Virus record (IMG/VR): IMGVR_UViG_3300021365_000014
Coordinates: 2,379 to 66,378 of that record
DNA from: a virus
Length of the DNA: 64,000 nucleotides
Direction: 5' to 3' (one strand)
Shown: positions 1 through 8,950 of the stretch, piece after piece
Position numbering within the stretch: the first letter of the stretch is position 1
Layout of the letters: every line of letters starts with the position of its first letter
Notes under the pieces: model-generated
What the model was told of the DNA's origin: nothing
Database searches by the model: none
What the model saw: only the letters and a program-made list of their open reading frames with translations
Translations under genes and position numbers: made by a program

Positions 1-233
1 TGTTGGCCATGATGCACAACGATAACTACATCAAGAAGTTCAAGACCAACGAGATAATGGTCACTTTTGGCAATACAGACGACGGCAGGATCTTGTTAAA
101 CAAATTGAACGAGATGATTGCTAAGGAAAAAGGCACTTCTGTAAAAGAAATGGCCGCTGATCCTGATGCACCAGCACCAGCAAAGAAGACTACAAAGAAA
201 GCGGATGCCAAAAAGACAACCGCCAAAGAATAA
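1..233 (+). CDS. hypothetical protein, 3' part only (runs in from window edge), Lys/Ala-rich tail
   Basis: Open frame from the window start to TAA at 231-233; ends in a low-complexity AKKTTKKADAKK tail. Confidence 0.6.
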   Translation, partial: LAMMHNDNYIKKFKTNEIMVTFGNTDDGRILLNKLNEMIAKEKGTSVKEMAADPDAPAPAKKTTKKADAKKTTAKE

Positions 234-555
234 GACATGGGTACAACTGACGCAAGATTTCGTCAAGGAATGGCCGGAAGTTCTAGAAGGATTACAGTTT
301 CAGAACATGCCGGTCAAGTACCTGTTATACATAGACATCATACTTAAAAATAACATCACCATACACTACAACATCGCCAAAGAACTGCAAACCAAGAAAC
401 AGGAAACGATCGCTAGGTTCCTAAGGAAGACAATTGAACAGAACTACCTCAAGATAAAAAGTGTGGACATGAAATTCGATATTCCTACACTAAAGAAGGA
501 CATGGAGTCACGAACTTCGTTGGTGATGTCTAAGACTTTTAAAGATAATGTTTGA
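205..555 (+). CDS. hypothetical phage protein
   Basis: ORF 166..555. ATG at 205 (MPKRQPPK..WPEVLEG) is the more plausible start; overlaps the next gene's start. Confidence 0.65.
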   Translation: MPKRQPPKNKTWVQLTQDFVKEWPEVLEGLQFQNMPVKYLLYIDIILKNNITIHYNIAKELQTKKQETIARFLRKTIEQNYLKIKSVDMKFDIPTLKKDMESRTSLVMSKTFKDNV

Positions 556-1183
556 TAAAAAATTTCTCATAATAACTGCACACCCAGATGATCTAGAAAT
601 GGGCTGTGGTGGTCTTGTTGCTAAAATAAACAAGAACGGCGGTTCTGTCACCAATCTAATACTAGTAAAACCGTCAGTAGAACACAATGTTAACAGAGAC
701 GAACAAATAGTACGGAACGAATTAGAAAAAAGCAAGAGTGTGTTAAATTTTGAAACTGCAATATACGACACGCCGTTATATGATAATGGTAGGCCGAATC
801 TAACACTGACAAATAATTTAATATCATATGCTGAATCTTGCATCAACGAACACGAAATATTAATATCGCATTGGAGGGAAGACCACCACCAAGACCATAG
901 GGTGTGCTATGATGTGGCAAGAAGTATATCAAGGAAACACTTCAAACAATTTTGGTGCATGGACGAACCACCATACAATTTACACTACAAAAATTTTGAT
1001 TGTAATCACTATGTGGATATCACAGACTGTGTAGATCAAAAAAGGCAAGCTCTAGAATCATATAGTACATACTTTAATAACTTTTCAATTGATACCATTA
1101 TCGATTACAACAAATACAGGGGGAGTTTTTTAGGTGAAAACAAAGTTGCAGAAACATTTCATCTAATGTATAATAAGATATGA
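548..1183 (+). CDS. PIG-L/LmbE family N-acetylhexosamine deacetylase
   Basis: AHPDDLEMGCGG and DHHQDH metal-binding motifs; C-terminal YVDIT..K..AL..Y..AETF pattern. Confidence 0.9.
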   Translation: MFDKKFLIITAHPDDLEMGCGGLVAKINKNGGSVTNLILVKPSVEHNVNRDEQIVRNELEKSKSVLNFETAIYDTPLYDNGRPNLTLTNNLISYAESCINEHEILISHWREDHHQDHRVCYDVARSISRKHFKQFWCMDEPPYNLHYKNFDCNHYVDITDCVDQKRQALESYSTYFNNFSIDTIIDYNKYRGSFLGENKVAETFHLMYNKI

Positions 1184-2181
1184 AAATTTTAGTATTAGGA
1201 GGCTACGGATTCATAGGTAGTCATATTTGTCAGCAATTAAAAGCAGAAGGTCACACAATAGGAATAGTAGACTGTTATCATCAATACTACACATTTCCTG
1301 ATTGGGAATACCATCCTGTGTTAAATCAGAGGAAATCAATAACTGGAACTGACAATGAATACATCGGACAGATCGAGAACCTACAATTCATGGAGCAGAC
1401 GTTTGAGGATTTCAAACCGGACAGAGTAATACACGTGGCCACATATCCCAACGCAAGGATGGTCAAAAGAAATGTGCTTGACGCCACCAACAACATGGTC
1501 ACTGCCACCGCTTACATACTTGACCTATGTGTTAAACACAAAGTACAAAAAATTGTTTATGCATCAAGCAGTATGGTATACGGAGAGTTTGATAACAAGA
1601 TCCCGGACGAATCCGTTGTACCAAAACCAAACACACTCTATGGATCATACAAAAGGCAAGGCGAGATCATGTGCAAGATATGGCACAGAGAGTATGGACT
1701 GAACTACGTTATAATGAGACCTTCGGCGTTATACGGAGAGAAGGACACAATCACCAGAGTCATAAGCCAATTGACCAAGGCCGCACTCACCACGGGCGAG
1801 ATGACTGTGCAAGGGCCAGACAATAAATTAGACTTTAGTAATGTGCTTGATGTGGCAAAGTATTTTGCAATGGCGACCACTAACGAAGTAGTAAACGAGA
1901 CCTTTAACTGCACCAGGGGAAATGGTAGGAAGATAGTGCATGCCGCGGAAATCGTCAGAGACACACTAGGGGTTGGTGAGATCATTACCAAGCCACATGA
2001 CTCATTCTATCCAAACAGGGACACTCTCAACAGTGACAAGGCCAAGTCCATGCTGAACTTCAATCCAACTATAGATATCGAAGAGGGAATACCAAATTAC
2101 ATAAATTGGTTCATGAGACAGCCTTTTTATTTTGAGAATCTAGATATTAATAAAAAATTTCAGTTGGATACAGCGATTTAA
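1180..2181 (+). CDS. NAD-dependent nucleotide-sugar epimerase/dehydratase (extended SDR)
   Basis: GGYGFIG Rossmann motif, YASSSMVYG, catalytic YGSYK; ATGA overlap with the upstream gene. Confidence 0.92.
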   Translation: MKILVLGGYGFIGSHICQQLKAEGHTIGIVDCYHQYYTFPDWEYHPVLNQRKSITGTDNEYIGQIENLQFMEQTFEDFKPDRVIHVATYPNARMVKRNVLDATNNMVTATAYILDLCVKHKVQKIVYASSSMVYGEFDNKIPDESVVPKPNTLYGSYKRQGEIMCKIWHREYGLNYVIMRPSALYGEKDTITRVISQLTKAALTTGEMTVQGPDNKLDFSNVLDVAKYFAMATTNEVVNETFNCTRGNGRKIVHAAEIVRDTLGVGEIITKPHDSFYPNRDTLNSDKAKSMLNFNPTIDIEEGIPNYINWFMRQPFYFENLDINKKFQLDTAI

Positions 2182-3472
2182 ATTTGCTCCTGCAAAAATC
2201 CCATGTGTATGTTTGAAGTATGATGTCTTCATTATAATCACTTTTCTCAGTGAATTTTTTGCCATCCGTGGCACCTTTGGCCAACCATTCATTTTTGGTT
2301 TCTAACCATTTTTTCAATCTGTGCTGTGTCTCCACTGTGGGTTTTTTGTATTGCCATAACACTAACTTGGATACTTCTCTGAAAGCATTTTTCCATGCCG
2401 TGTAATTGTCGGGTGCCAACACAGTTTCGTTTGAAATGATAGGTACGACTTCGTGCGGTTGGGATAACGTGAAGTCCAAGATATTATCATCTGGCGTTTC
2501 CAGGCACAGTGTTTTATTGTACAAGTTGATGTTGAAGGTCCCGTACGCAATATTCAACTCCTGTAAATGTGCATAGAATATCCTGTGCCTTTTTGTCAAT
2601 GCCCTGTCAACAGTGTAATCAAACATGAAAGTTTCCTTGACCTTGCTCTTTGCAAAAACGGCATAAAAATATTCTGTGCTTGATGTTGTGGACGCTTGTT
2701 TGTATGCCTGTGTCCTACCGTCTACGTTGCGTATCCAATGCAGTTTATTTTTTAAGTTATTCTGATATACATGATTTTTAAGTAAGTCATAATTTTCTTG
2801 TTCAAATGGTTCTCCGTTTGAAATAAAGCAAATGTCAAAACAGTCTTTGTTGTCTGGGACACTAATGTTGTATATGAAGGGATAGTCATATATCTGTGTT
2901 TTTATATGTGACAGTGACTTGCCTGGCAAATAGAAAGTGTTGCCTGACCTGTATATCTTCAAGTCTTCCCAGTAAGACGGATAGAACAAACCATCATCCG
3001 AAGTATCTGAGTATTTCATGTATCTTGCTATTGGTATTTTGCATGTTGATATGTTTTCCATAACGTTGGACAAATCATAGTGTTGTTCCAGATAATCGAA
3101 ATCATAATCAAAATTGTGTGTATGATAATTGACATCTTTGTAATCACGCAGTAACTTTATGTCTTGGTCAGCAAATTGCCTAGGAAACAGGAACGTATCA
3201 CCCTCCTGCTGTAGTTCATTTGCCCAAACATGAACCTGGGTGGCTTGATGCTGTTCTGGAATGTAATCAAAATCAAAATCACTGTAATCAATTTTACTAC
3301 TCAACATCCATTGGTATCGTGTTTGTGTCTCCGGCAACATTCTTTTCGCAATTTCCAAATAACTGTCAACAAACGGTATGACCACCGCGTGGGGGAACAC
3401 AGACTTTATCACTGCTATATTGTCCCTGCTTTTACTGTTTCCAAAATCTATTGCTATGCAATCAAACACCAT
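2147..3472 (-). CDS. glycosyltransferase-like protein (C-terminal half paralogous to 14175..15074)
   Basis: FISNGEPFEQENY..VDGRTQAYK..AWKNAFREVSKL parallels YISFKEPNKEENW..VDGVVGFDNAHK..AFVAGYREGVKM. Confidence 0.55.
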   Translation of the reverse strand: MVFDCIAIDFGNSKSRDNIAVIKSVFPHAVVIPFVDSYLEIAKRMLPETQTRYQWMLSSKIDYSDFDFDYIPEQHQATQVHVWANELQQEGDTFLFPRQFADQDIKLLRDYKDVNYHTHNFDYDFDYLEQHYDLSNVMENISTCKIPIARYMKYSDTSDDGLFYPSYWEDLKIYRSGNTFYLPGKSLSHIKTQIYDYPFIYNISVPDNKDCFDICFISNGEPFEQENYDLLKNHVYQNNLKNKLHWIRNVDGRTQAYKQASTTSSTEYFYAVFAKSKVKETFMFDYTVDRALTKRHRIFYAHLQELNIAYGTFNINLYNKTLCLETPDDNILDFTLSQPHEVVPIISNETVLAPDNYTAWKNAFREVSKLVLWQYKKPTVETQHRLKKWLETKNEWLAKGATDGKKFTEKSDYNEDIILQTYTWDFCRSKFKSLYPTEIFY

Positions 3473-4544
3473 AGTACTCCTTGATGGAGTCGCAAACGTG
3501 TAAAACCTCGTCCTTCTTAAGGAAAGGATGTATGGGTAACGAAATCACGTCCTGACACAACTTTTCTGCATTTGGCATTTCCTGTCCGGTATCAAACATC
3601 TTCATCCTTGACATGGGTTGTGGATAATGTATTTGCGTTTGAATCTTTTTGGTATCAAGAAACGCCTTGAGTCCGTCCCTGTCTTGTGCCCTAATAACAA
3701 GTTTGTGATTATTTGATGTTGTGTCTGAACTTGATTCTATTGAACTTATTCCTATGTCATTTAATTTTTTTGTGTACCACTGCCTGACCTTTTTTGATCT
3801 AGACAACAAAGACTTATACTTGGAAAGTAAAAAATTCAAAACGTTGGCATGGTCATTGCTTAGGCATGAGTTGTATCCGTGTTCTAACTTGCCCGTGCCT
3901 TTGCCATGGTATCGCAGGCTACGGATAAACTTCGCTTCTTCGATGTCATCTGTGAGCACCATCCCCCCGTTGCCAAAACAAGGCAATGGTTTGCTTGGGG
4001 CGAAACTGAGACTGCTTATGTCACCCAACTTGCCACTTGGTATTTTTTTGTAAAAACTTCCGAGGCTCTGTGCGGCATCTTCTATCAGAGGTATTTTGTG
4101 TTTGTCACAGTACTGTCTTAGTCTATCGTAATCTGCAAGATTGCCAAATAGGTTCACGTACACCAATGCATCGGGTAAGATTGTGGCAGGTAGGTTTGCG
4201 ATCAATCCTTTCCTGTCAACATCAACGAAAGTAATTGTCGCCCCGGTCCTTTTGATCGCTTCCGCTGTGGCTAGATAACTGACCGCTGGACACAGTACAT
4301 TTGACCCTGGTCCTATTCCTTTGACCCTTAAAGAAAAATAAAGTGCGTCGGTGCCACTACCTACCGCTACTCCATATTTTCTCTTTGTGAATTTTGCTAC
4401 AGATTTTTCAAACTTGTCTAACCAAGATCCTTCTGTGTGGCTAGTACTAACAACATCACCTGATCTCCAAACTTCTTTTGCCCTACGTGTGATTCTCCAA
4501 CTGTAGGCATCATAGATCCTATCCACTCCACCAAACTTAATCAT
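3462..4544 (-). CDS. DegT/DnrJ/EryC1/StrS PLP-dependent sugar aminotransferase
   Basis: GSGTDAL, IEDAAQSLG, SFAPSKPL..GNGG (PLP lysine), IHYP, SLPIHPFL. Confidence 0.93.
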   Translation of the reverse strand: MIKFGGVDRIYDAYSWRITRRAKEVWRSGDVVSTSHTEGSWLDKFEKSVAKFTKRKYGVAVGSGTDALYFSLRVKGIGPGSNVLCPAVSYLATAEAIKRTGATITFVDVDRKGLIANLPATILPDALVYVNLFGNLADYDRLRQYCDKHKIPLIEDAAQSLGSFYKKIPSGKLGDISSLSFAPSKPLPCFGNGGMVLTDDIEEAKFIRSLRYHGKGTGKLEHGYNSCLSNDHANVLNFLLSKYKSLLSRSKKVRQWYTKKLNDIGISSIESSSDTTSNNHKLVIRAQDRDGLKAFLDTKKIQTQIHYPQPMSRMKMFDTGQEMPNAEKLCQDVISLPIHPFLKKDEVLHVCDSIKEYYGV

Positions 4545-4693
4545 CAGAATTCTTTCTTAACACCCACATGTGGATTCTCCACACAACTGTCGGTTATTTC
4601 TTTCACAGTCTCTTTCTTTAGATCTACAACACACGTCGCAGATGGTTTTATTCCACAACCAACTAACAACAACAAAATTATGATATACTTCAT
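4544..4693 (-). CDS. 49-aa putative lipoprotein (not in ORF track)
   Basis: Hand translation: MKYIIILLLLVGCGIKPSATCVVDLKKETVKEITDSCVENPHVGVKKEF*. Has a signal peptide with LVGC lipobox and fills the gap between flanking genes exactly. Confidence 0.75.
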   Translation of the reverse strand: MKYIIILLLLVGCGIKPSATCVVDLKKETVKEITDSCVENPHVGVKKEF

Positions 4694-6162
4694 CCTAGCA
4701 CTTTCACTCCATATTTGTTGGTAAATGCTTTACCATCTTCCCTGTCGTTCACGATCGGTTGTCCTTTTATGTTCAAACTGGTGTTCAAAAGTATGGGACA
4801 ACCTGTCTGTCGTTTCCATTCCGTCAACAACGCATGGAACCCTGGATTATCCGTCTTACGCACCGTTTGAACCCTGGAAGTGTGATCATGATGTATTATG
4901 GCAGGGAAGTCTTTACCATGCGTACACGCCGCTGTAAATTGCATATAAGGGGTGTTTTGGACTGCTGTAGGCAGGGTGAAATACTCATTTACATCCTCCT
5001 CTAATATGGCCGGAGCGAATGGTCTGAACTTCTGTCTTTTCTTGATCGAGTTTACCAAATCCTTGATGTCCTCACCCCGCGGGTCTGCCAACAGTGATCT
5101 ATTACCAAGTGCCCTTGGACCAAACTCCGCCCTGCCACTTGCAACTCCCACCATCTTGTTTTCCTTCAATTCTTTTATCAGTGCGTCCACAGGGTACTCG
5201 CCATCTATGTTGTGTCCAAGGAATGGGTGTTCCCACTTGAGGTGTCTCCTGTGGTGTGCGGCTATGCAACCCAGACTAGATCCTGCGTCACCTGGGTTTG
5301 GAATGATCCATATGTTGTCAAACAATCCCATGTTGGCCAATACCCTGTTCGCGGCACAGTTCAACGCTACACCACCTGCATACACGAGGTTACGTGATCC
5401 GTACTTACTTGCCCTGTGCCATAACTCTGCAAGGCACTCTTCTGTGACTGCTTGTATGCTGGCGGCTATGTCCATCACATCTGCATTTGGTTCCCAATCA
5501 CTCAATCCCCTGTGTAGATTCTTTTTGAGTTTGAATGGTGTCTGATGCACGAAGTCGTCATAGATTTTCTGTTTGTACTTTGGTGTTCCGTATGCGGCCA
5601 TGCCCATCAAGATGTACTCCTCTTCTGCAGGTTTTAGTCCACATCGATGCGTAAATGCACTGTAAAGTATTCCTATGCTGTGTGGATAGTTGAGTGTTTC
5701 TTTTCTCTCAATCCAAACTTTGTCAGCAGTTGATATACTAACTGTTTCCCATTCACCTATTGCGTCCACTGTGAGTATTGTTGCTCCTGTGTCCTTGAAC
5801 GGTGAAGTGAAGTATCCTGCCGCGGCGTGTGAGTCATGGTGTTTTACATATTCATCTATCTTGATATTAAAGTGATCCAAATGCCATTGTGGCATCTCTG
5901 TGTAACTTAATGCTGTAGCCCATTGTCCTGCGTACAACTGTCTTGTTTTCTTCAGCAAAGGTCTCTCGTAGTAAACAACCTTATCAAATGGTCCAAATGT
6001 TTTTGCCTCGTCAACTATCTTTTGGTTGAGATAATGATCGTTCTTGATCTTTGAATAACGTTCACTGTGTGCCGCCCACAGTATCTCACCTATGCCTGAA
6101 CTGTAATCCACAACAGCCATTGCGGCATCGTGGTTCATACAATTAATTCCAAGTATTCTCAT
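4690..6162 (-). CDS. carbamoyltransferase, NodU/CmcH/TobZ family
   Basis: HDAA, HHDSHAA, DAIGE, EYILMGMAAYG, GGVALNC, GDAGSSLG, EFGPRALGNRS, RPFAP, LLNTSLN. Confidence 0.95.
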   Translation of the reverse strand: MRILGINCMNHDAAMAVVDYSSGIGEILWAAHSERYSKIKNDHYLNQKIVDEAKTFGPFDKVVYYERPLLKKTRQLYAGQWATALSYTEMPQWHLDHFNIKIDEYVKHHDSHAAAGYFTSPFKDTGATILTVDAIGEWETVSISTADKVWIERKETLNYPHSIGILYSAFTHRCGLKPAEEEYILMGMAAYGTPKYKQKIYDDFVHQTPFKLKKNLHRGLSDWEPNADVMDIAASIQAVTEECLAELWHRASKYGSRNLVYAGGVALNCAANRVLANMGLFDNIWIIPNPGDAGSSLGCIAAHHRRHLKWEHPFLGHNIDGEYPVDALIKELKENKMVGVASGRAEFGPRALGNRSLLADPRGEDIKDLVNSIKKRQKFRPFAPAILEEDVNEYFTLPTAVQNTPYMQFTAACTHGKDFPAIIHHDHTSRVQTVRKTDNPGFHALLTEWKRQTGCPILLNTSLNIKGQPIVNDREDGKAFTNKYGVKVLG

Positions 6163-6310
6163 CTTGCTCCTTGTGCCATCCCATGTCTTCTATTTGTGTG
6201 CTGTTACACTTTGGACATACCCATCCTTCGTCTGTGTTAAAATCTTGTGCAAGATCTTGTGGTGCACCACGCCACTTACAATTATAACAGTACCAGTTCC
6301 ACCATGTCAT
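6143..6310 (-). CDS. 55-aa zinc-ribbon protein (not in ORF track)
   Basis: Hand translation: MTWWNWYCYNCKWRGAPQDLAQDFNTDEGWVCPKCNSTQIEDMGWHKEQDENTWN*. CxxC...CPxC; ATGA overlap with the upstream stop. Confidence 0.8.
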   Translation of the reverse strand: MTWWNWYCYNCKWRGAPQDLAQDFNTDEGWVCPKCNSTQIEDMGWHKEQDENTWN

Positions 6311-6879
6311 TTAATGCTCCAGGTGGTGTTCCGCCATTTTTCTGTGACCTTGCCTTTTAATTTCTCCCATTCGCTCAACTCTATGTCATACTCGAAATTC
6401 TGTGTGGTCAGGTTCACTTGTACTTCCTTGGCTCCGTTCTTTAGGTGGAACTTCCTGGCCATGTCCGTTAACGGACTCAGTGTAACCAGTCTACTAAGGT
6501 GATTAGACTCTTTGATCATCTTGTACACTTCGTTGACCATGTGCTTGCCGCCACCTTTCTTCTTGGCCCACACTGTGTAGGCTATCGCTATGGTGCCCTG
6601 TACACCTGCCCGGTGTATGGCCTGCATGGCGGCATCCCGACTCATTGCATCCATTTCCTCCACGCTCTTTGGGATATCATGTGTGAAAGCAAAACACATC
6701 ACAGCGGCTATGTCACCTTCCTCGTCCCTTATGCCGTAGATCTTCCTGCCATGCGATTGTCTGAATTCGAGACTCAACTCCGGCCTAACTGGATCTTCCG
6801 TGACATCTATGAACGGCAGTTCTATCAATTCGAACTTGGGCGACTTTTCCAGGGCCTTATAAATTTTTTTAAGCACCAT
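6307..6879 (-). CDS. GNAT-like acyltransferase (putative)
   Basis: YTVWAKKKGGGKHMV resembles GNAT motif A; ARKFHLKNGA resembles motif B. Confidence 0.5.
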   Translation of the reverse strand: MVLKKIYKALEKSPKFELIELPFIDVTEDPVRPELSLEFRQSHGRKIYGIRDEEGDIAAVMCFAFTHDIPKSVEEMDAMSRDAAMQAIHRAGVQGTIAIAYTVWAKKKGGGKHMVNEVYKMIKESNHLSRLVTLSPLTDMARKFHLKNGAKEVQVNLTTQNFEYDIELSEWEKLKGKVTEKWRNTTWSIK

Positions 6880-6880
6880 T

Positions 6881-6985
6881 TTATTTGTATATGAACGGGT
6901 CTTTCTTCTTCAGCTCTTTGAGCCTCTTCCTATATTTGATCTCTTGTCGAATCTTGTTCCATATGTTCTTAATCCAAGTAAACAT
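6881..6985 (-). CDS. 34-aa basic microprotein ending DPFIYK (not in ORF track)
   Basis: Hand translation: MFTWIKNIWNKIRQEIKYRKRLKELKKKDPFIYK*. TAATG coupling to the upstream gene; stop lies 1 nt before the next ATG. Confidence 0.75.
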   Translation of the reverse strand: MFTWIKNIWNKIRQEIKYRKRLKELKKKDPFIYK

Positions 6986-7779
6986 TATCTGTCTCCTATT
7001 AGTTTATTAAAAGTTGGTAACATTAATTGTACAGCATCTCGGTGTGCCTCGTCAAGTGGATGTGTTGTGCCACGTGGGTAGTCATTTAGCAGTGCCCATT
7101 GATTGAAACCCATCATCCTCTCTCCAAACGAGAACCATTTGGTAAAGTCTATCTCGCTATGCAATGCCGTTATGAAGGTGTCCTGGTCCTTGTGCTGTTC
7201 GAACTCATTGTAAAAAAGACTGTTGTCAGCCAGTGTGAACATGAATGGTATTTTCTTCTTCTCCAGGATGTTCTGTAACCAAATTATGCTCTTCCAACTG
7301 AGATAAGTCTCATGGTATTGGTTGGCCGCATACTTGTATATGGCTTCCGCGAAAGGCTTTACTCCGGTATCTATCATGGATTGTTGGTGTTTCTTCCAGT
7401 GTTCCTGCTGTGCCTCTGATCCCGACAGGGCCTGATGTCTCTCCGAGTCTGCCATGCTGGTGTCCCAAGGTGATATCGAGGTCCAACGTGTGTCCTCTAA
7501 TTGTTTGTGTCTGGGCATGGCCCAATCATACCTTGAAAGGAAACTCCACATCACGACCACACACCCTATATCATTATTGTTGGCTACTGTATTGAACACT
7601 CGTCTCGCTATGGCTTGGTTCCCTAGACCTCCAAATGCTGTACATAGGTATTCGTGTCCTGATTCTATAGACAATCCATGGGCCCAAGTCTTTTTTGATG
7701 GTGTTTTTCCGTCCACGTCGTCACTCAGCTCATTGCCCAGTGTGAAACTGCATCCGCCTGCTATTAATTTCTTAGTCAT
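6985..7779 (-). CDS. SGNH/GDSL-like hydrolase or O-acyltransferase
   Basis: N-terminal AGGCSFTLG (GDS-like block I), GLGN (block II-like), C-terminal THPLDEAH (block V-like HP). Confidence 0.6.
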   Translation of the reverse strand: MTKKLIAGGCSFTLGNELSDDVDGKTPSKKTWAHGLSIESGHEYLCTAFGGLGNQAIARRVFNTVANNNDIGCVVVMWSFLSRYDWAMPRHKQLEDTRWTSISPWDTSMADSERHQALSGSEAQQEHWKKHQQSMIDTGVKPFAEAIYKYAANQYHETYLSWKSIIWLQNILEKKKIPFMFTLADNSLFYNEFEQHKDQDTFITALHSEIDFTKWFSFGERMMGFNQWALLNDYPRGTTHPLDEAHRDAVQLMLPTFNKLIGDR

Positions 7780-8950
7780 AAATTTTTAAAATGTTATTTA
7801 AAAGTGGAAACATGTCTCCAAAATTTTCTTTCCTGTACTGATCGGTTTGTAGTATTCTTCTTTTTCTTTCTGCCCGTATCTCAGGTGTATCTCTGTCAAC
7901 GGCATTCATAAATCTTATGCTGGGTTGGTAGTCTGTGAGCATGTGATACCTATCAACCACAATATCCTTTACCTGTCTTGGCAGTGTCTGTATGTTGAAC
8001 ACATCTGGATCAAAGCAAGTGTTTACATAAAAAAACTTAGGTTGAAACTGTGCCACCCATAGTGCCATCTTGGCCCAATTGAACACATTGAATATATTCA
8101 CTGTCGAACATATTTGAAAATCCATATTATGAGTTTTCATTTCTTTAAACTTAACAAGGTTTTGATTTACTTCTCGCCATTTGGCAGGATGTCTCTGGTA
8201 CTCAAAAGGTTCTCCCACATCATCAATGCTGAACGCCACTTCCACATGTTTGAAATAACTCCATAGGTCAAATATTTCCTGTGGTGGCAACTGTGTGCCG
8301 TTGGTGTTGTAATGTATGTCTATGTTCTTGGCATATCCTTTCTCAACACAGTGAATCAATATCTTGAAGTGATCCTTAATCATGAACGGTTCGCCGCCTG
8401 TGAATTCAAAGTACTCCACGTGTTTGAGGTCCTCCTGCAACTCCTCGAAGAACTGTGGGTTTCGTTTTGGCCAGCCTCCCTCTTTCAGTTGCTTTCTTGC
8501 CACGGGATTATCTCCACCCTTGGCTGTCTCATAATCTATTTCTTCCTGTGCCCACTTTGAAGAACTCCACGATCCGCAAATCCTACATTTTAAATTACAT
8601 ACGTTGCCCAACTTAAAGTCGATGAATTTCAACGTTGGCTCGCTATTAGGTGTCCAGTTTTCTAAACTGCTACGCATTTTGTAAATTGAGTTTTGCCTTT
8701 TGGATGTTTTTCCGGCATCTTCTTCTTGCCAACAACTCTGGCAACCTTTAGGACGCTCGCCATCTCTGAACTTCTTTCTTAAAAGTTCCATGTATTCTGT
8801 TTGCTGTATTGATTTAAGGCTTTGTTCGTACACCTTTACACCAGGAATACTGCCCTTGTACAAACAACAAGGAGATGCACCGCCATTTACATCAACTTCC
8901 AGATGAGTCCACGGCAATGGGCACATGTTTGAATCTATATACTTGTCCAC
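7772..8950 (-). CDS. radical SAM protein with N-terminal twitch/SPASM-like Cys module (paralog 5)
   Basis: CNLKCRIC, FTGGEPF, YNTNGT, SIDD; N-terminal CPLPW..PCC..CQSC. Confidence 0.92.
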   Translation of the reverse strand: MDKYIDSNMCPLPWTHLEVDVNGGASPCCLYKGSIPGVKVYEQSLKSIQQTEYMELLRKKFRDGERPKGCQSCWQEEDAGKTSKRQNSIYKMRSSLENWTPNSEPTLKFIDFKLGNVCNLKCRICGSWSSSKWAQEEIDYETAKGGDNPVARKQLKEGGWPKRNPQFFEELQEDLKHVEYFEFTGGEPFMIKDHFKILIHCVEKGYAKNIDIHYNTNGTQLPPQEIFDLWSYFKHVEVAFSIDDVGEPFEYQRHPAKWREVNQNLVKFKEMKTHNMDFQICSTVNIFNVFNWAKMALWVAQFQPKFFYVNTCFDPDVFNIQTLPRQVKDIVVDRYHMLTDYQPSIRFMNAVDRDTPEIRAERKRRILQTDQYRKENFGDMFPLLNNILKIYD

